Origin: Archangium sp.
GTDB lineage: Bacteria > Myxococcota > Myxococcia > Myxococcales > Myxococcaceae
Length of the DNA stretch: 64,000 bases
Direction of reading: 5' to 3'
Assembly (NCBI GenBank): GCA_022843845.1
Contig: JALHMW010000002.1
Location: forward strand, 91,559-155,558
In this document: positions 18,966 through 28,216 of the stretch, one piece after another
How the letters are laid out: each line of letters begins with the position of its first letter
Position numbering within the stretch: position 1 is the first letter of the stretch
Notes under the pieces: generated by a model
Database searches by the model: none
Seen by the model: the letters and a program-made list of their open reading frames with translations, nothing else
What the model was told of the DNA's origin: nothing
Made by a program: the position numbers and the translations under genes

Positions 18966-19722
18966 GAAGCAGGGAAGGCCACCACCGTCGTTCGTCGCCG
19001 CCGTGCTGGTCGTGTGCGCGTGCGTCGGGGTGTCGCTACGGCAGACGCCGAAGGGCTCGGTGCCCCCGGTCGTGCCTGTCTCACGACTCGATCGGGAGGT
19101 CGCGGACCTGCTGTTGCGGGCGCGTAGGGAGTGGCTCGAATTCGGGTCGTGCTCGTCGAAGACCCTCAGCCGGTGCGGCGCCGAGAGCCCATTGCTCATG
19201 CTGCTCGGAGCCAACGTCTTCTGGTCTTCTGCGGCGTACTTCAGCGCGGCTGGCGACCAGGTCGCTTCTTCGGCGAGCGGATGTCTCGGGGATTCGACTT
19301 CGGCAATCGTGCCGACGTGTTCACCGCACGAAGGGCCAGTGCTTCGTGATCTCTGTGCCGAGGCGCTCGAGGGCCTCGAGCGTCGGGGCCTCACAGTGCA
19401 AGCGACGTGTCTCTGCAATGCGGTGAAACGCGATCTTCCGTTGGGGCGCTCGACTGTCGAGTTGCTCGCCGGCGAGGGCCAACTCACGCTGACGGTCGAG
19501 GTGCCTCGCTCGCTCGAACAGCAGATCTCGGTCCACGTGCTGCGTCTTGCCTCCGATATCGTTCTTCGCCAGTGCGACGTGACCGAGGGCTGCGTCACGA
19601 CTCGCGCCGGCGATGACCTTGGGCATCTCGACCTGGAACTCCGTTGGAACGGGAAGACCAGCCGGTGCCGCGTCGATCTGGAGCAGCGACTCCAGCAAGC
19701 CGACGCGGGCATTCCGCGTTAG
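18964..19722 (+). CDS. Possible Cys-rich secreted protein, hypothetical; conflicts with the kinase N-extension on the opposite strand
   Basis: MKQGRPPPSFVAAVLVVCACVGV is signal-like, with 13 Cys and good GC3. It shares wobble positions with the antisense frame. Followed 12 nt later by another + gene. Confidence 0.35.
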   Translation: MKQGRPPPSFVAAVLVVCACVGVSLRQTPKGSVPPVVPVSRLDREVADLLLRARREWLEFGSCSSKTLSRCGAESPLLMLLGANVFWSSAAYFSAAGDQVASSASGCLGDSTSAIVPTCSPHEGPVLRDLCAEALEGLERRGLTVQATCLCNAVKRDLPLGRSTVELLAGEGQLTLTVEVPRSLEQQISVHVLRLASDIVLRQCDVTEGCVTTRAGDDLGHLDLELRWNGKTSRCRVDLEQRLQQADAGIPR

Positions 19723-19734
19723 GTATTGCACGCC

Positions 19735-20247
19735 ATGTCCGACGTGAAGACCCTGCGCCTCGTCTCCGCCCAGCTCACCGCCGAGTCCCTCGACGCGTTC
19801 ATCACCTACGAACGCACCGTCATCGGCGCGCTCGCGAGCACTTCGACGCCGACGGAGCTCACCTGGGCCGGCCGCTTCGCCTTCGCGCACGGCAAGGCCC
19901 TCACCGAGTGCGGCCTCGACGCGCTCACCCAGCAGCGCATCAAGGTGCCCGTCAGCGAGTTCTGCGGCAAACGGTCCGCCTGGCTCACCGTGAAACAACG
20001 CGCAGCCGACGCCGAAGCCGCGCTCCACCTCGCGAAGAGCCACGGACAGCCCGAGTCCGCGAAGGAGCAGGCGCTCCTCGCACGCGCCACCAAAGAGCTC
20101 GCTCGCCTCTCGAGCTTCAAGGACTTCATCGATCGCTACGGCCAATCGGCCTTCGATCTGCTCCTCGCCCGCGAGCTCGAGCTCGTCACCTTGCACCGCG
20201 AGCTCAGCCGTCTCGAGGGCACCGGCGGCCACGTGCACTCAACCTGA
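19735..20247 (+). CDS. Hypothetical protein
   Basis: ATG MSDVKTLRLVS; TTG alternative at 19726. The antisense ORF 19321..20238 is E/L/G-rich and shadow-like. Confidence 0.45.
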   Translation: MSDVKTLRLVSAQLTAESLDAFITYERTVIGALASTSTPTELTWAGRFAFAHGKALTECGLDALTQQRIKVPVSEFCGKRSAWLTVKQRAADAEAALHLAKSHGQPESAKEQALLARATKELARLSSFKDFIDRYGQSAFDLLLARELELVTLHRELSRLEGTGGHVHST

Positions 20248-20261
20248 GTTTTCCGGAATCA

Positions 20262-20311
20262 TTTTAAGAGGTTGACAGCTCGAGCGAGGGGCGTCAGAAG
20301 CCCCGGCCGAT
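20262..20311 (+). promoter_or_regulatory. Low-GC patch with a TTGACA -35-like hexamer and a small GC hairpin just upstream of the yfgM-like start
   Basis: ggaatcattttaagaggTTGACAgct at 20272-20277. GGGGCgtcagaaGCCCC hairpin at 20287-20303. No convincing -10. Confidence 0.25.
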
Positions 20312-21106
20312 ATGACGACCAAGAAAGAGCTGAAGGAAATGAAGGCGCCGGACGAGCTGCAGAAGCTCGGCGCGCAAGCGGTGCCCTTCCTCGAGCTTCA
20401 CGGCAGGAACATCGTCCTCGGCGTGATCGCCTTCGTGGGCATCGGCGGCGGCATCGCGCTGGTCGGCCACATCAAGAAGCGCAGCAACGAAGCGGCGATG
20501 TACCAGTACGGCGCGGCCCTCAAGGTGCTGGAGCGCGAAGTGAACGCCAACGCGGCCGCTCCGACGAAGCCCGACGAGGAGCCGCCCTTCAAGACCGAGA
20601 AGGAAAAGGACGAGGCGATCGTCGCCGCGCTCACCACGTTCCGCGCCGAACACCAGGGCGCGCCGACCAGCACCAACGCCGCACTGCCGCTCGCCCAGGC
20701 GCTGCTGCGTCAGGGCAAGGCTGAAGACGCGCTCAAGCTCGCCGAGGAGTTCCTCAAGGATGGCGATCAGAATGACGCGCTCCGCCCCGTCGCGTTCGAG
20801 ACCCGCGGCTACGCGCTCGAGTCGCTCGGCAAGCTCGACGAGGCCACGGCCGCCTTCGAGAAGCTCGCGCAGGAGAACAAGACCGAGTTCATGAAGGGCA
20901 TGGGGCTGTACCACCACGCTCGTCTGCTCGAGAAGAAGGCCGACCTCACGGGCGCCATGAAGCGCTACAGCGAAGTCACCACGGCCGCGGCTGACTCGTC
21001 GGCCGCTCGCCTCGCGAAGGAGCGCATGACGCTCCTCGCGGCGAAGGGCGTGGCCGTGCCGACCCCGATGGCTGCTCCTGTCGCTGCCGTCGACGCAGGC
21101 AAGTGA
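20312..21106 (+). CDS. YfgM-like membrane-anchored TPR-like protein
   Basis: N-terminal TM helix (IVLGVIAFVGIGGGIALVG) and a C-terminal TPR-like helical domain. Sits immediately upstream of a bamB-like gene, as yfgM-bamB does in E. coli. Confidence 0.6.
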   Translation: MTTKKELKEMKAPDELQKLGAQAVPFLELHGRNIVLGVIAFVGIGGGIALVGHIKKRSNEAAMYQYGAALKVLEREVNANAAAPTKPDEEPPFKTEKEKDEAIVAALTTFRAEHQGAPTSTNAALPLAQALLRQGKAEDALKLAEEFLKDGDQNDALRPVAFETRGYALESLGKLDEATAAFEKLAQENKTEFMKGMGLYHHARLLEKKADLTGAMKRYSEVTTAAADSSAARLAKERMTLLAAKGVAVPTPMAAPVAAVDAGK

Positions 21107-22302
21107 CGATGACGCTGCGCTCGCTTTCGGTGGTGGCGCTCCTGGTGGCTGCCGCCGGATGCAAGGCGATCCCGCTCTCCAACGATCCCACCATGCCGGT
21201 CGTGGTGTCGCAGGTGAGCCCTCCTGCGCTGTGGGAGGTCGACTGGTCGAAGCCGCTCGTGAAGCTCGAGCTGCTCGAGTACCAGCCGCGCGAAACAGCA
21301 AAGCCCGCGATCGATCCCGACACCGAGCGCATCGTCGTCTCCACGCGTGACGGCGCGATTCGCTGTCTCTCTCCCGTCGATGGCAGCGTGATCTGGGAGA
21401 AGAAGACGCTGGGCCGTTTCTTCTCGGGCGCAGGCATCGCGCAGGGGGTGGCCTACGTGCCCGGCGGCGACGGGATGCTCTACGCGATTCGCGTGCTCTC
21501 GGGCGAGGTGGTCTGGGAGTTCAAGGCGAGCGAGGAGCTGATCACGACGCCGGTGCTCTCCGAGGGCCGCGTGCTGGTGATGTCGTCGCAAGACACGCTG
21601 TTCGCCGTCGACGCGATCACCGGCAAGTGGGTGTGGCAGTACAAGCGCGACATGCCGCAGGGCTTCTCGGTGCGCGGCGCCTCGACCCCGGTCGCGCAAG
21701 ACGGCCTCGTGTACGCGGGCTTTGCCGACGGCTTCCTCGCGGCGGTGGGGCTCGACGACGGCGTCGCGCGCTGGGAGCGCAAGCTGACGCTCTCGGGCGG
21801 CCAGCAGTTCAAGGACGTCGACTCGACGCCGGTGCTCGATGAAGACGGTCACCTCTATGCGGCCAGCTACAAGGACGGGGTCTTCGCCCTCGACGCGAAG
21901 ACGGGCGACATCCTCTGGGCCTCGGCGCGCGGTGGGGTCACCTCGCTCATCCTTCGCGGCGCGGTGCTGTTCGCGACCGGCGACGGCACGTTGACGGCGA
22001 TCGACAGCCGCGGAGGCAAGGCGCTCTGGAGCCTCGACCTCTCGGACCGCACCTCGAAGGGCAAGCTCAACAACGCAGGCCGCGATCCGGTGATGACGCG
22101 TGGCTACATCGTGGTGCCGACCTCGACGGCGCTGGCCTTCGTCGACCCGACGGTCGGCAAGGTGCGCGCTGCCTGGAACCCCGGCCGCGGCGTGACCGCG
22201 ACGCCCACCCGCTTCGTCTCGGCGCGTGGCGGAAACCGGCTCTACGTGTTGACCAACCTCGGCACCCTGTTCGCGCTCCAGATGGTCGGGAGTGGTGGAT
22301 GA
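21103..22302 (+). CDS. bamB: Outer-membrane protein assembly lipoprotein BamB-like (PQQ-type beta-propeller)
   Basis: Lipobox LLVAAAGCKA. Repeated PQQ-like blades (GSVIWEK, GEVVWEF, GKWVWQY, ARWER, GDILWAS, GKALWS). The start overlaps the yfgM-like stop. Confidence 0.8.
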   Translation: MTMTLRSLSVVALLVAAAGCKAIPLSNDPTMPVVVSQVSPPALWEVDWSKPLVKLELLEYQPRETAKPAIDPDTERIVVSTRDGAIRCLSPVDGSVIWEKKTLGRFFSGAGIAQGVAYVPGGDGMLYAIRVLSGEVVWEFKASEELITTPVLSEGRVLVMSSQDTLFAVDAITGKWVWQYKRDMPQGFSVRGASTPVAQDGLVYAGFADGFLAAVGLDDGVARWERKLTLSGGQQFKDVDSTPVLDEDGHLYAASYKDGVFALDAKTGDILWASARGGVTSLILRGAVLFATGDGTLTAIDSRGGKALWSLDLSDRTSKGKLNNAGRDPVMTRGYIVVPTSTALAFVDPTVGKVRAAWNPGRGVTATPTRFVSARGGNRLYVLTNLGTLFALQMVGSGG

Positions 22303-22709
22303 AGCGCATCCGGGTGGTCGCCGGTCTCATCGCCGACCCGAAGGATGCGAGCCGGTTCCTGGTGCAGCAGCGGCTCCCCACCGCGAGCCGCGCCAACCTC
22401 TGGGAGTTCCCCGGCGGGAAGATCGAGCTGGGCGAGACCGAAGCCCAGGCGCTCGTTCGGGAGTGTCGCGAGGAGCTCGACGTCGGCCTCGTGGTCGGCC
22501 GCAAGCTCTGGAGCACGGTGCACGCGTACGCCGACCTCACCGTCGAGCTCGAGCTCTTCGCCGCCGACATCACCGAGGGCCAGCCGAAGCCGCTGGGCGC
22601 GCAGGCGCTGCAGTTCGCTACCGTCACCGAGATGAAGCAGCTGCCGTTCTGCGAGGCCGATCTGCCGCTGCTCGACTCGCTGGCGACCGGTGACGTCCCC
22701 ACGCGATGA
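22299..22709 (+). CDS. Nudix hydrolase, MutT-like
   Basis: Nudix box GGKIELGETEAQALVRECREELDV. ATGA overlap with the bamB stop. Confidence 0.8.
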   Translation: MKRIRVVAGLIADPKDASRFLVQQRLPTASRANLWEFPGGKIELGETEAQALVRECREELDVGLVVGRKLWSTVHAYADLTVELELFAADITEGQPKPLGAQALQFATVTEMKQLPFCEADLPLLDSLATGDVPTR

Positions 22710-23536
22710 GCGGCTTCCTCGAGCGCACGTTTCAGCTCTCGAAGGGCGTCGGGCCGTACCGGGAGCGCGATCTCTGGGCTCGCGGCTACGAGACGTGGGA
22801 GCAGTTCGAGGCGGCGGCGTCGAAGGGCGTCGTGATGTCGAAGACGATCGACGAGGCGACGCTGAGCAGCATCGCGCAGGCCCGCGTCGCGCTCGCCAGG
22901 AACGATCTCGCCACGCTCGCCGCGCTCGTGCCGCCCCGTGAGCACTGGCGGCTGTACCCGCACTTCGTCGATCAGGCCGCGTTCTTCGACATCGAGGCTG
23001 ACGGCGACAACGTGCCGACGGTGGTGGGCGTGATGGACCGGCAGGGCGTCGCCACGTTCAGGCGCGGCCTGTCGATGCACGAGCTGCCCGCGCGGCTCGC
23101 ACAGAGTCCCATCTGGGTGACGTTCAACGGCGCGGTGTTCGACGTGCCGGTGCTCGAGAAGGCGTTCGAAGAGACGGGCTTTCCGAAGCCGCTGGTTCAC
23201 GTCGATCTGCGCTTCCTCGTGCGCCGCACCGGCCTGAAGGGCGGGCTCAAGGGCATCGAGGAGGATCTGAAGCTCCACCGCCCGCCGCACCTCAAAGGCG
23301 TGAAGGGCTTCGACGCGATTCGGCTCTGGCGCGAGTGGAACGATCAGAAGAACGTCACCGCCCTGCGAATTCTCATCGAGTACAACTTGTACGACGCGAT
23401 CAACCTGCGCTCGGTGCTCGAGTGGTGTCAGTGGCGATTGGCGGAGCAGTTCGCGTGGCAGCTCGAGCGGCGATCGATCTTCGAGCGCGGCGAGATCCTC
23501 TACGACGTCACCAAGCTCGTGATGAACGCGGGCTGA
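22706..23536 (+). CDS. RNase-H-like (YprB/PF13482-type) predicted exonuclease
   Basis: FFDIEADG and FNGAVFDVPVLEK motifs typical of RNase-H-fold 3'-5' exonucleases. ATGA overlap with the Nudix stop. Confidence 0.5.
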   Translation: MSGFLERTFQLSKGVGPYRERDLWARGYETWEQFEAAASKGVVMSKTIDEATLSSIAQARVALARNDLATLAALVPPREHWRLYPHFVDQAAFFDIEADGDNVPTVVGVMDRQGVATFRRGLSMHELPARLAQSPIWVTFNGAVFDVPVLEKAFEETGFPKPLVHVDLRFLVRRTGLKGGLKGIEEDLKLHRPPHLKGVKGFDAIRLWREWNDQKNVTALRILIEYNLYDAINLRSVLEWCQWRLAEQFAWQLERRSIFERGEILYDVTKLVMNAG

Positions 23537-23561
23537 TTCCCCGACTCAGGCGGCGCCGAGC

Positions 23562-24089
23562 CTACTTCTTCCGCTTCTTCTTCTTCACTGGCGCGCCCGG
23601 CTCGGGCTGCACGTCGCCCGCCACCCGGAAGGGAATTCGCAGCTCGTCGTACTGGTGGCCGCGCGTGTCGGAGAACGTGTCGTTCGTCTCGGCGTCGATC
23701 AGCAGCGAGTAGCCACGGCCCGTCTTGAGCGGCTGCACGAAGACGATCCGGTACGTGAGTCCGCCATCCACCGTCGACTCGTCGTCGCTGGGTACCACCG
23801 AGTCGGTCCAATCCATGACGCGGAACCGGACGTCGTCGAGCGCGGTGGGGAAGGTGAGGGTGATCGCCCGGATCGGCTCAATCATGGCGCCCGCGTCGAG
23901 GCCCGTGATGACGCCCGCGTCCGTCGTCTCGAGGTCGATCGTGAAGCCCAGGGGCTCGGTGCCTGCGTCCACTCCAGCGTCGACGCCCGCGTCGGGTTCG
24001 GCGACCGAGGCATCGATCGGCTCGACGACTGGCGCCTTCGGACAGCCCGCGAGCACCAGGGCGGTCAGCCACCACGCACGTCCGCTCAC
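23562..24089 (-). CDS. Lipoprotein with a polybasic C-terminal tail (KKKKRKK)
   Basis: GTG start VSGRAWWLTALVLAGCPKAP (lipobox LAGC) overlaps the upstream gene's stop (GTGA). D/A/G-rich N-terminus. The track ORF N-extension is rejected. Confidence 0.5.
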   Translation of the reverse strand: MSGRAWWLTALVLAGCPKAPVVEPIDASVAEPDAGVDAGVDAGTEPLGFTIDLETTDAGVITGLDAGAMIEPIRAITLTFPTALDDVRFRVMDWTDSVVPSDDESTVDGGLTYRIVFVQPLKTGRGYSLLIDAETNDTFSDTRGHQYDELRIPFRVAGDVQPEPGAPVKKKKRKK

Positions 24090-25159
24090 GGCGCCACCGG
24101 CTTCTTCTTCGCCAGCCGCTTTCGCTTCCGCTCGTCGTCTTTCAGATCGTCGGTGAGCTCGTCGAGGCCGACCGAGAGCGCGACCCGCACCAGCTCGTCG
24201 AAGGTCGCCGCGCGCCCGTCGATCGCCGGGAGCGAACTCTGCTCCAGCGCCTTCGCCAGCGGCTTCGAGATCACCAGCGTCGTCGCCTCGAGCGCTTTCG
24301 CCGGACAGGCCGCGAGCGCGGTCGCCGGGAACCTCCAAGGGGTCGCTCTCGCCGTCGCCGCTTGAAGCACCCACGCCCGCTGGACCGCGTACTTCGTGGC
24401 GAGGCGTTCGGCCTTAATGAGCAGCGCCGCGGGGAGCTGGACGACCTGGGGCTCCCCGAGCTGCAGGGTGCGGTTCATCACTGCCGCCGCGTCAGCGTCT
24501 CGCCGGGAGAGCGCCACCCGAACGCGCTCCTCACGCAGCGCCTGATCTTCTTCGGCCTGGGCCAGGAGCCGCAGTTGATGAGCGCTGAAGATCGCGCGCA
24601 GCGGCGGAGACGCGGCCGCGGGCGTTCGGGCCTCGATGCGGGTGGTCGCGATCGTCTTCCACTCGGGCGCTTCGAGATCGAGCGCAGGACTGAGCCCGAG
24701 GCCGATCAGATCGCGCGCCGGCCGCGTCGTCAGCTCGGCCATCATTCTCCAGTACGGCCAGTCGATCGGCTCGACCCCACGCGCCTGGCCGAGCGCTTTG
24801 CGCATCGCGGAGCGCTCCTTGACGGAGATCTCGTCTCGCGTCTCGTCGTGCCAGACCTCGGTGCCGTTCGAGGCGAACGCGGTCACCGACATCCACTGCG
24901 CGGTGCCCGTCATCGACGAGAGCGACCACGTCGGCTGGCCCAGCGCCTTCGAGAGCGCAGCCGCGACGTGGTCGAGCAGGCCGATACCTTCTTCATCGAG
25001 CTGCGCCACCACGGCGGTGAGATCGGCGCGGCGGCTCTCGAAGTGCACCACGTCGACGGCATCACCAGGCTCGAGGTTCTTCGAGATGGCCGCCGAGACG
25101 ACGTCGGGGTCGACACCGGTGCCCTCCACGAAGACCGCGACGGCGTGACTCATCGACAT
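24086..25159 (-). CDS. Hypothetical protein
   Basis: 357-aa ORF starting MSMSHAVAVFVEG with good GC3 and no recognised domain. Basic C-terminus ERKRKRLAKKKPVAP. Confidence 0.45.
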   Translation of the reverse strand: MSMSHAVAVFVEGTGVDPDVVSAAISKNLEPGDAVDVVHFESRRADLTAVVAQLDEEGIGLLDHVAAALSKALGQPTWSLSSMTGTAQWMSVTAFASNGTEVWHDETRDEISVKERSAMRKALGQARGVEPIDWPYWRMMAELTTRPARDLIGLGLSPALDLEAPEWKTIATTRIEARTPAAASPPLRAIFSAHQLRLLAQAEEDQALREERVRVALSRRDADAAAVMNRTLQLGEPQVVQLPAALLIKAERLATKYAVQRAWVLQAATARATPWRFPATALAACPAKALEATTLVISKPLAKALEQSSLPAIDGRAATFDELVRVALSVGLDELTDDLKDDERKRKRLAKKKPVAP

Positions 25160-25214
25160 GGCTTTGGTTCTAAGCCCGTCGTCGACCGCAGGTGTTCGAG
25201 ATTCGTCCGTTCGG

Positions 25215-25763
25215 CTAGCAGCCGCAGGTGAGATCGTCAGCGGTTGGCGTGAGGCACTGCAACCGGCAAGCGCTCATGGGCGTGAAGCGCACCCGCCTCG
25301 TCGAGGAGCAGTCGCGTTCAGGCAGGTGCGCGTACATCTCCGGGCAGCCGACGTCGATCTCCTGCCAGACCTGCTTGAGCTCGAGGTGTCGTGTTCCGCC
25401 ATCGGTGCCGAGGTCGGTCCACCGGGAGCGAAGGCGCGCGCAGCGGCGGGTCGGCTCTCCGCCGAGAATGAGCTCGAGATCGGTGCCGTTGGCGAAGTCG
25501 GTTCGCGAGCCAGCGATCAGCGTGCCGGCGTCTTCCCGCGCGGGTCCCCAGAAGGCCACCAGCGACGAGGTGACGACGAGGCGTCCACTCGTCGTCGCTC
25601 CAACGAAGAGCGAGCCGGTCGAGCCACTGAAACGGTTGGGGCGGCAGTCGTCGTCAGCAGTCTCGAAGACCATCGGCCCGAGCTCACCCACCGCGTCTTC
25701 CGCGGTCGGCTCCTGGCAGGCCGCCAGCGCCATCACCACCAGCGCCAGGTTGCGTTTCGTCAC
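25215..25763 (-). CDS. Lipoprotein, Cys-rich C-terminus, hypothetical
   Basis: GTG start (V)TKRNLALVVMALAACQEP with lipobox. The track ORF extends to 25898 across a tRNA gene, so it was trimmed. Confidence 0.45.
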   Translation of the reverse strand: MTKRNLALVVMALAACQEPTAEDAVGELGPMVFETADDDCRPNRFSGSTGSLFVGATTSGRLVVTSSLVAFWGPAREDAGTLIAGSRTDFANGTDLELILGGEPTRRCARLRSRWTDLGTDGGTRHLELKQVWQEIDVGCPEMYAHLPERDCSSTRRVRFTPMSACRLQCLTPTADDLTCGC

Positions 25764-25820
25764 GTGGAGAACCCCTGAAAATGAAGAAGGGAACCGGCCT
25801 TTCGACCGATTCCCTTCAAG

Positions 25821-25905
25821 TGCCCAGGAGAGGACTCGAACCTCCACACCGTTGCCGGTACTAGACCCTGAATCTAGCGCGTCTACCAATTCCGCCACCT
25901 GGGCG
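25821..25905 (-). tRNA. tRNA-Leu(CAG), type II with a long variable arm
   Basis: The reverse complement folds as GCCCAGG-U-GGCGGAATTGGTAGACGC-GCTAGATT-CAG-GGTCTAGT-variable arm-GGAGGTTCGAGTCCTCT-CCTGGGC-A. Anticodon CAG. CCA is not encoded. Confidence 0.85.
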
Positions 25906-25984
25906 AGGCGCGGGGCTTCTACGAGTCCAGCCCCGGTGTGTCAACGACGACCAGCAGACGGCGTGCGTTCCTGAAGTCTGACGC

Positions 25985-26368
25985 TCACGAGAACTTCGCG
26001 GGTGGCCACTTGCCCTGCGCTTCGAGGGCTTTCCGCTCGTCGGGGTTCTCGTCCATGTACGCCTTCAGCGACTCTTCGGTGATCCACACCTCGACGTCTT
26101 CGGTGCCGACCTTCGCCTGACAGCCGAGCCGGGACGACGCGCGCACGTCGAAGGCGAGATCGAGCCGGTCCATCTCGAGGTCGTCCTGTTCGGAGAGCGA
26201 GGCGAGGCCTTTGCGCACGAAGACGTGGCAGGTGGAGCAGGCACACACGCCGCCACACGAGTGGCCGACCTGCGCGTGGACCTCTTCGGCAGCGTCGAGC
26301 AGCGACGTGCCTTCGGCGACCTCGACGGTGAGATCCTGCAGCGGGCTGATGAAGTGGACGTGTGGCAT
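25985..26368 (-). CDS. fdx: [2Fe-2S] ferredoxin of the ISC system
   Basis: Cys ligands CGGVCACSTCHV plus a later C in LGCQAKV, adrenodoxin type. Confidence 0.9.
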   Translation of the reverse strand: MPHVHFISPLQDLTVEVAEGTSLLDAAEEVHAQVGHSCGGVCACSTCHVFVRKGLASLSEQDDLEMDRLDLAFDVRASSRLGCQAKVGTEDVEVWITEESLKAYMDENPDERKALEAQGKWPPAKFS

Positions 26369-26374
26369 GGCGCT

Positions 26375-28216
26375 CTAGAAGGTCTGAATGCTGTGGCCGA
26401 CCGCGGCCTTCGCGATCGCGCGGTTCATGATGCGCTCGACGAAGGGGCGCGCCTGTTCGTCGAGCTCGTGAATGGCGTTCTTGATCGCGGCGTGATCGTC
26501 GGTCGTCTTCGACAACGTCTCGAGCGCCTCGACACCCAGCTCGAAGCTCTTCCGTTCGTCGGCCGAGAGCAGGTCCCCGTTCTCGACGAGCTGCTTGCGC
26601 GCGTCGATCAGCACGCGAGCCGCGTCGACCTGTTGCTCCACCAACTGCCGACGCTGCATGTCGTCTTCGCCATGCTCGATCGAGTCGAGGAGCATCTGCT
26701 CGACCTCTTCGTCGCTCAGCCCGTGCGTCGGCTTGACGGTGATCGCCTGCTCGATGCCGGTCGTCTGCTCCTTCGCCTTCACCGAGAGAATGCCGTCAGC
26801 GTCGATCGCGAACGTCACCTGGACGCGGCCCATGCCTGCGGGCATCGACGGAATACCCGAGAGGCGGAAGCGCGCGAGCGAACGGCTGTCCTGCACCAGC
26901 TCGCGTTCGCCCTGCACCACGTGGATGTCCATGCCGGTCTGGCCGTCCTGGAACGTCGTGAAGACCTGGGCCTGAGCGGTCGGAATCGCGCTGTTCCGGT
27001 AGATCACCTTCTCGACGACGCCGCCCATCGTCTCGAGCCCGAGTGAAAGCGGAATGACGTCGAGCAGGAGCACCTCGTCCTGGCGCTCGGTGTTGGTGAG
27101 GAGATCGGCCTGAATCGCAGCGCCGAGGGCAACGACTTGATCGGGGTCGATGTCGGCGAGCGGCGGCTTGCCGAAGATCGACTCGACGTAGCTGCGAACG
27201 GCCGGCACGCGGGTGGAGCCGCCGACCAGCACGACGCCCTTGATGTCGGCCGCGGTGAGCCCTGCGTCCTTGATCGCGCGCCGTACGGCCACGCCCGTCT
27301 TCTGGAGCAGCGGCTGAATCCACCCGTCGAAGTCGGCGCGAGTCACGGGCAGCTTCTGGCCGTCGAGCTCGAGCGTCGTCTCGGTGACGTCGGTGAGGCG
27401 CTCCTTCGCGGCCCGCGCGAGCTGGAGGAGCTGCGCAATCTGCGTCGGAGAAGGCGAGGCGATGGCGAACGCGTCGAGCGCCTTCTGCACGATGGTGCGA
27501 TCGAAGTCGTCGCCACCGAGCGCCGAATCTCCGCCGACTGACTTCACCTGGAACACGCCCTCGACGAGCTCGAGCACTGAGATGTCGAAGGTGCCGCCGC
27601 CGAGATCGTAAACGGCGAACGTGCCCTGCGCGTTCTTGTCGAGCCCGTACGCGAGCGCGGCGGCCGTCGGCTCGTTCAGCAACCGCAGCACCTCGAGGCC
27701 CGCGAGTCGTCCCGCGTCCTTGGTCGCCTGGCGTTGCGCGTCGTCGAAGTACGCCGGCACCGTGATGACGGCCTGCTCGACCTTGCCCGCGAAGGCCGAC
27801 TCGGCGCGGCGCTTGAGGGTGCGAAGGATCTCTCCGCTCACCTCGATCGGCGTCACCGGCTGGCCACCCGCGACCTGGAACCGCACCACGCCCGCGCCCT
27901 CGACGAACTGGTACGCGCCCAGCTTCTTCGTCTCGAGGTCGCCCAGGGACTTGCCCATGAAGCGCTTCACCGACTTGATGGTGTCGGTCGGCGCCGCCGC
28001 GAGGAGCTCGACCGCGCGCTTGCCGACCACCACGCCGCCGCTCTTCGCGTAGTGCACGACCGACGGGAGCAGCCGCGCATCGCCCTCATCGGCCGGCAGA
28101 CACGATGGCTTGCCGTTGATGACCGAGGCGACCAGCGAGTTGGTGGTGCCGAGATCGATGCCGACGACGTGGCCCTTCGGCTTCAGGGGATCGTGGATCT
28201 GCAGGAAGCCCTTCAC
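26375..28216 (-). CDS. hscA: Fe-S cluster assembly chaperone HscA (Hsp70)
   Basis: [23 protein letters not shown], Hsp70 architecture. Position in the isc operon. Confidence 0.9.
   Translation of the reverse strand: MKGFLQIHDPLKPKGHVVGIDLGTTNSLVASVINGKPSCLPADEGDARLLPSVVHYAKSGGVVVGKRAVELLAAAPTDTIKSVKRFMGKSLGDLETKKLGAYQFVEGAGVVRFQVAGGQPVTPIEVSGEILRTLKRRAESAFAGKVEQAVITVPAYFDDAQRQATKDAGRLAGLEVLRLLNEPTAAALAYGLDKNAQGTFAVYDLGGGTFDISVLELVEGVFQVKSVGGDSALGGDDFDRTIVQKALDAFAIASPSPTQIAQLLQLARAAKERLTDVTETTLELDGQKLPVTRADFDGWIQPLLQKTGVAVRRAIKDAGLTAADIKGVVLVGGSTRVPAVRSYVESIFGKPPLADIDPDQVVALGAAIQADLLTNTERQDEVLLLDVIPLSLGLETMGGVVEKVIYRNSAIPTAQAQVFTTFQDGQTGMDIHVVQGERELVQDSRSLARFRLSGIPSMPAGMGRVQVTFAIDADGILSVKAKEQTTGIEQAITVKPTHGLSDEEVEQMLLDSIEHGEDDMQRRQLVEQQVDAARVLIDARKQLVENGDLLSADERKSFELGVEALETLSKTTDDHAAIKNAIHELDEQARPFVERIMNRAIAKAAVGHSIQTF

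Noticed and set aside
18966-19712. 250-codon N-terminal extension of the TPR kinase ORF
   Set aside because: S/R/T-rich composition. The ATG at 18965 gives a normal kinase N-terminus. The extension is probably the shadow of the plus-strand ORF, though that conflict is reported as a finding.
25764-25898. N-terminal extension of ORF 25215..25898 (MAELVDALDSGSS..)
   Set aside because: It is the translation of the tRNA-Leu(CAG) gene sequence. The lipoprotein start was reset to the GTG at 25763.
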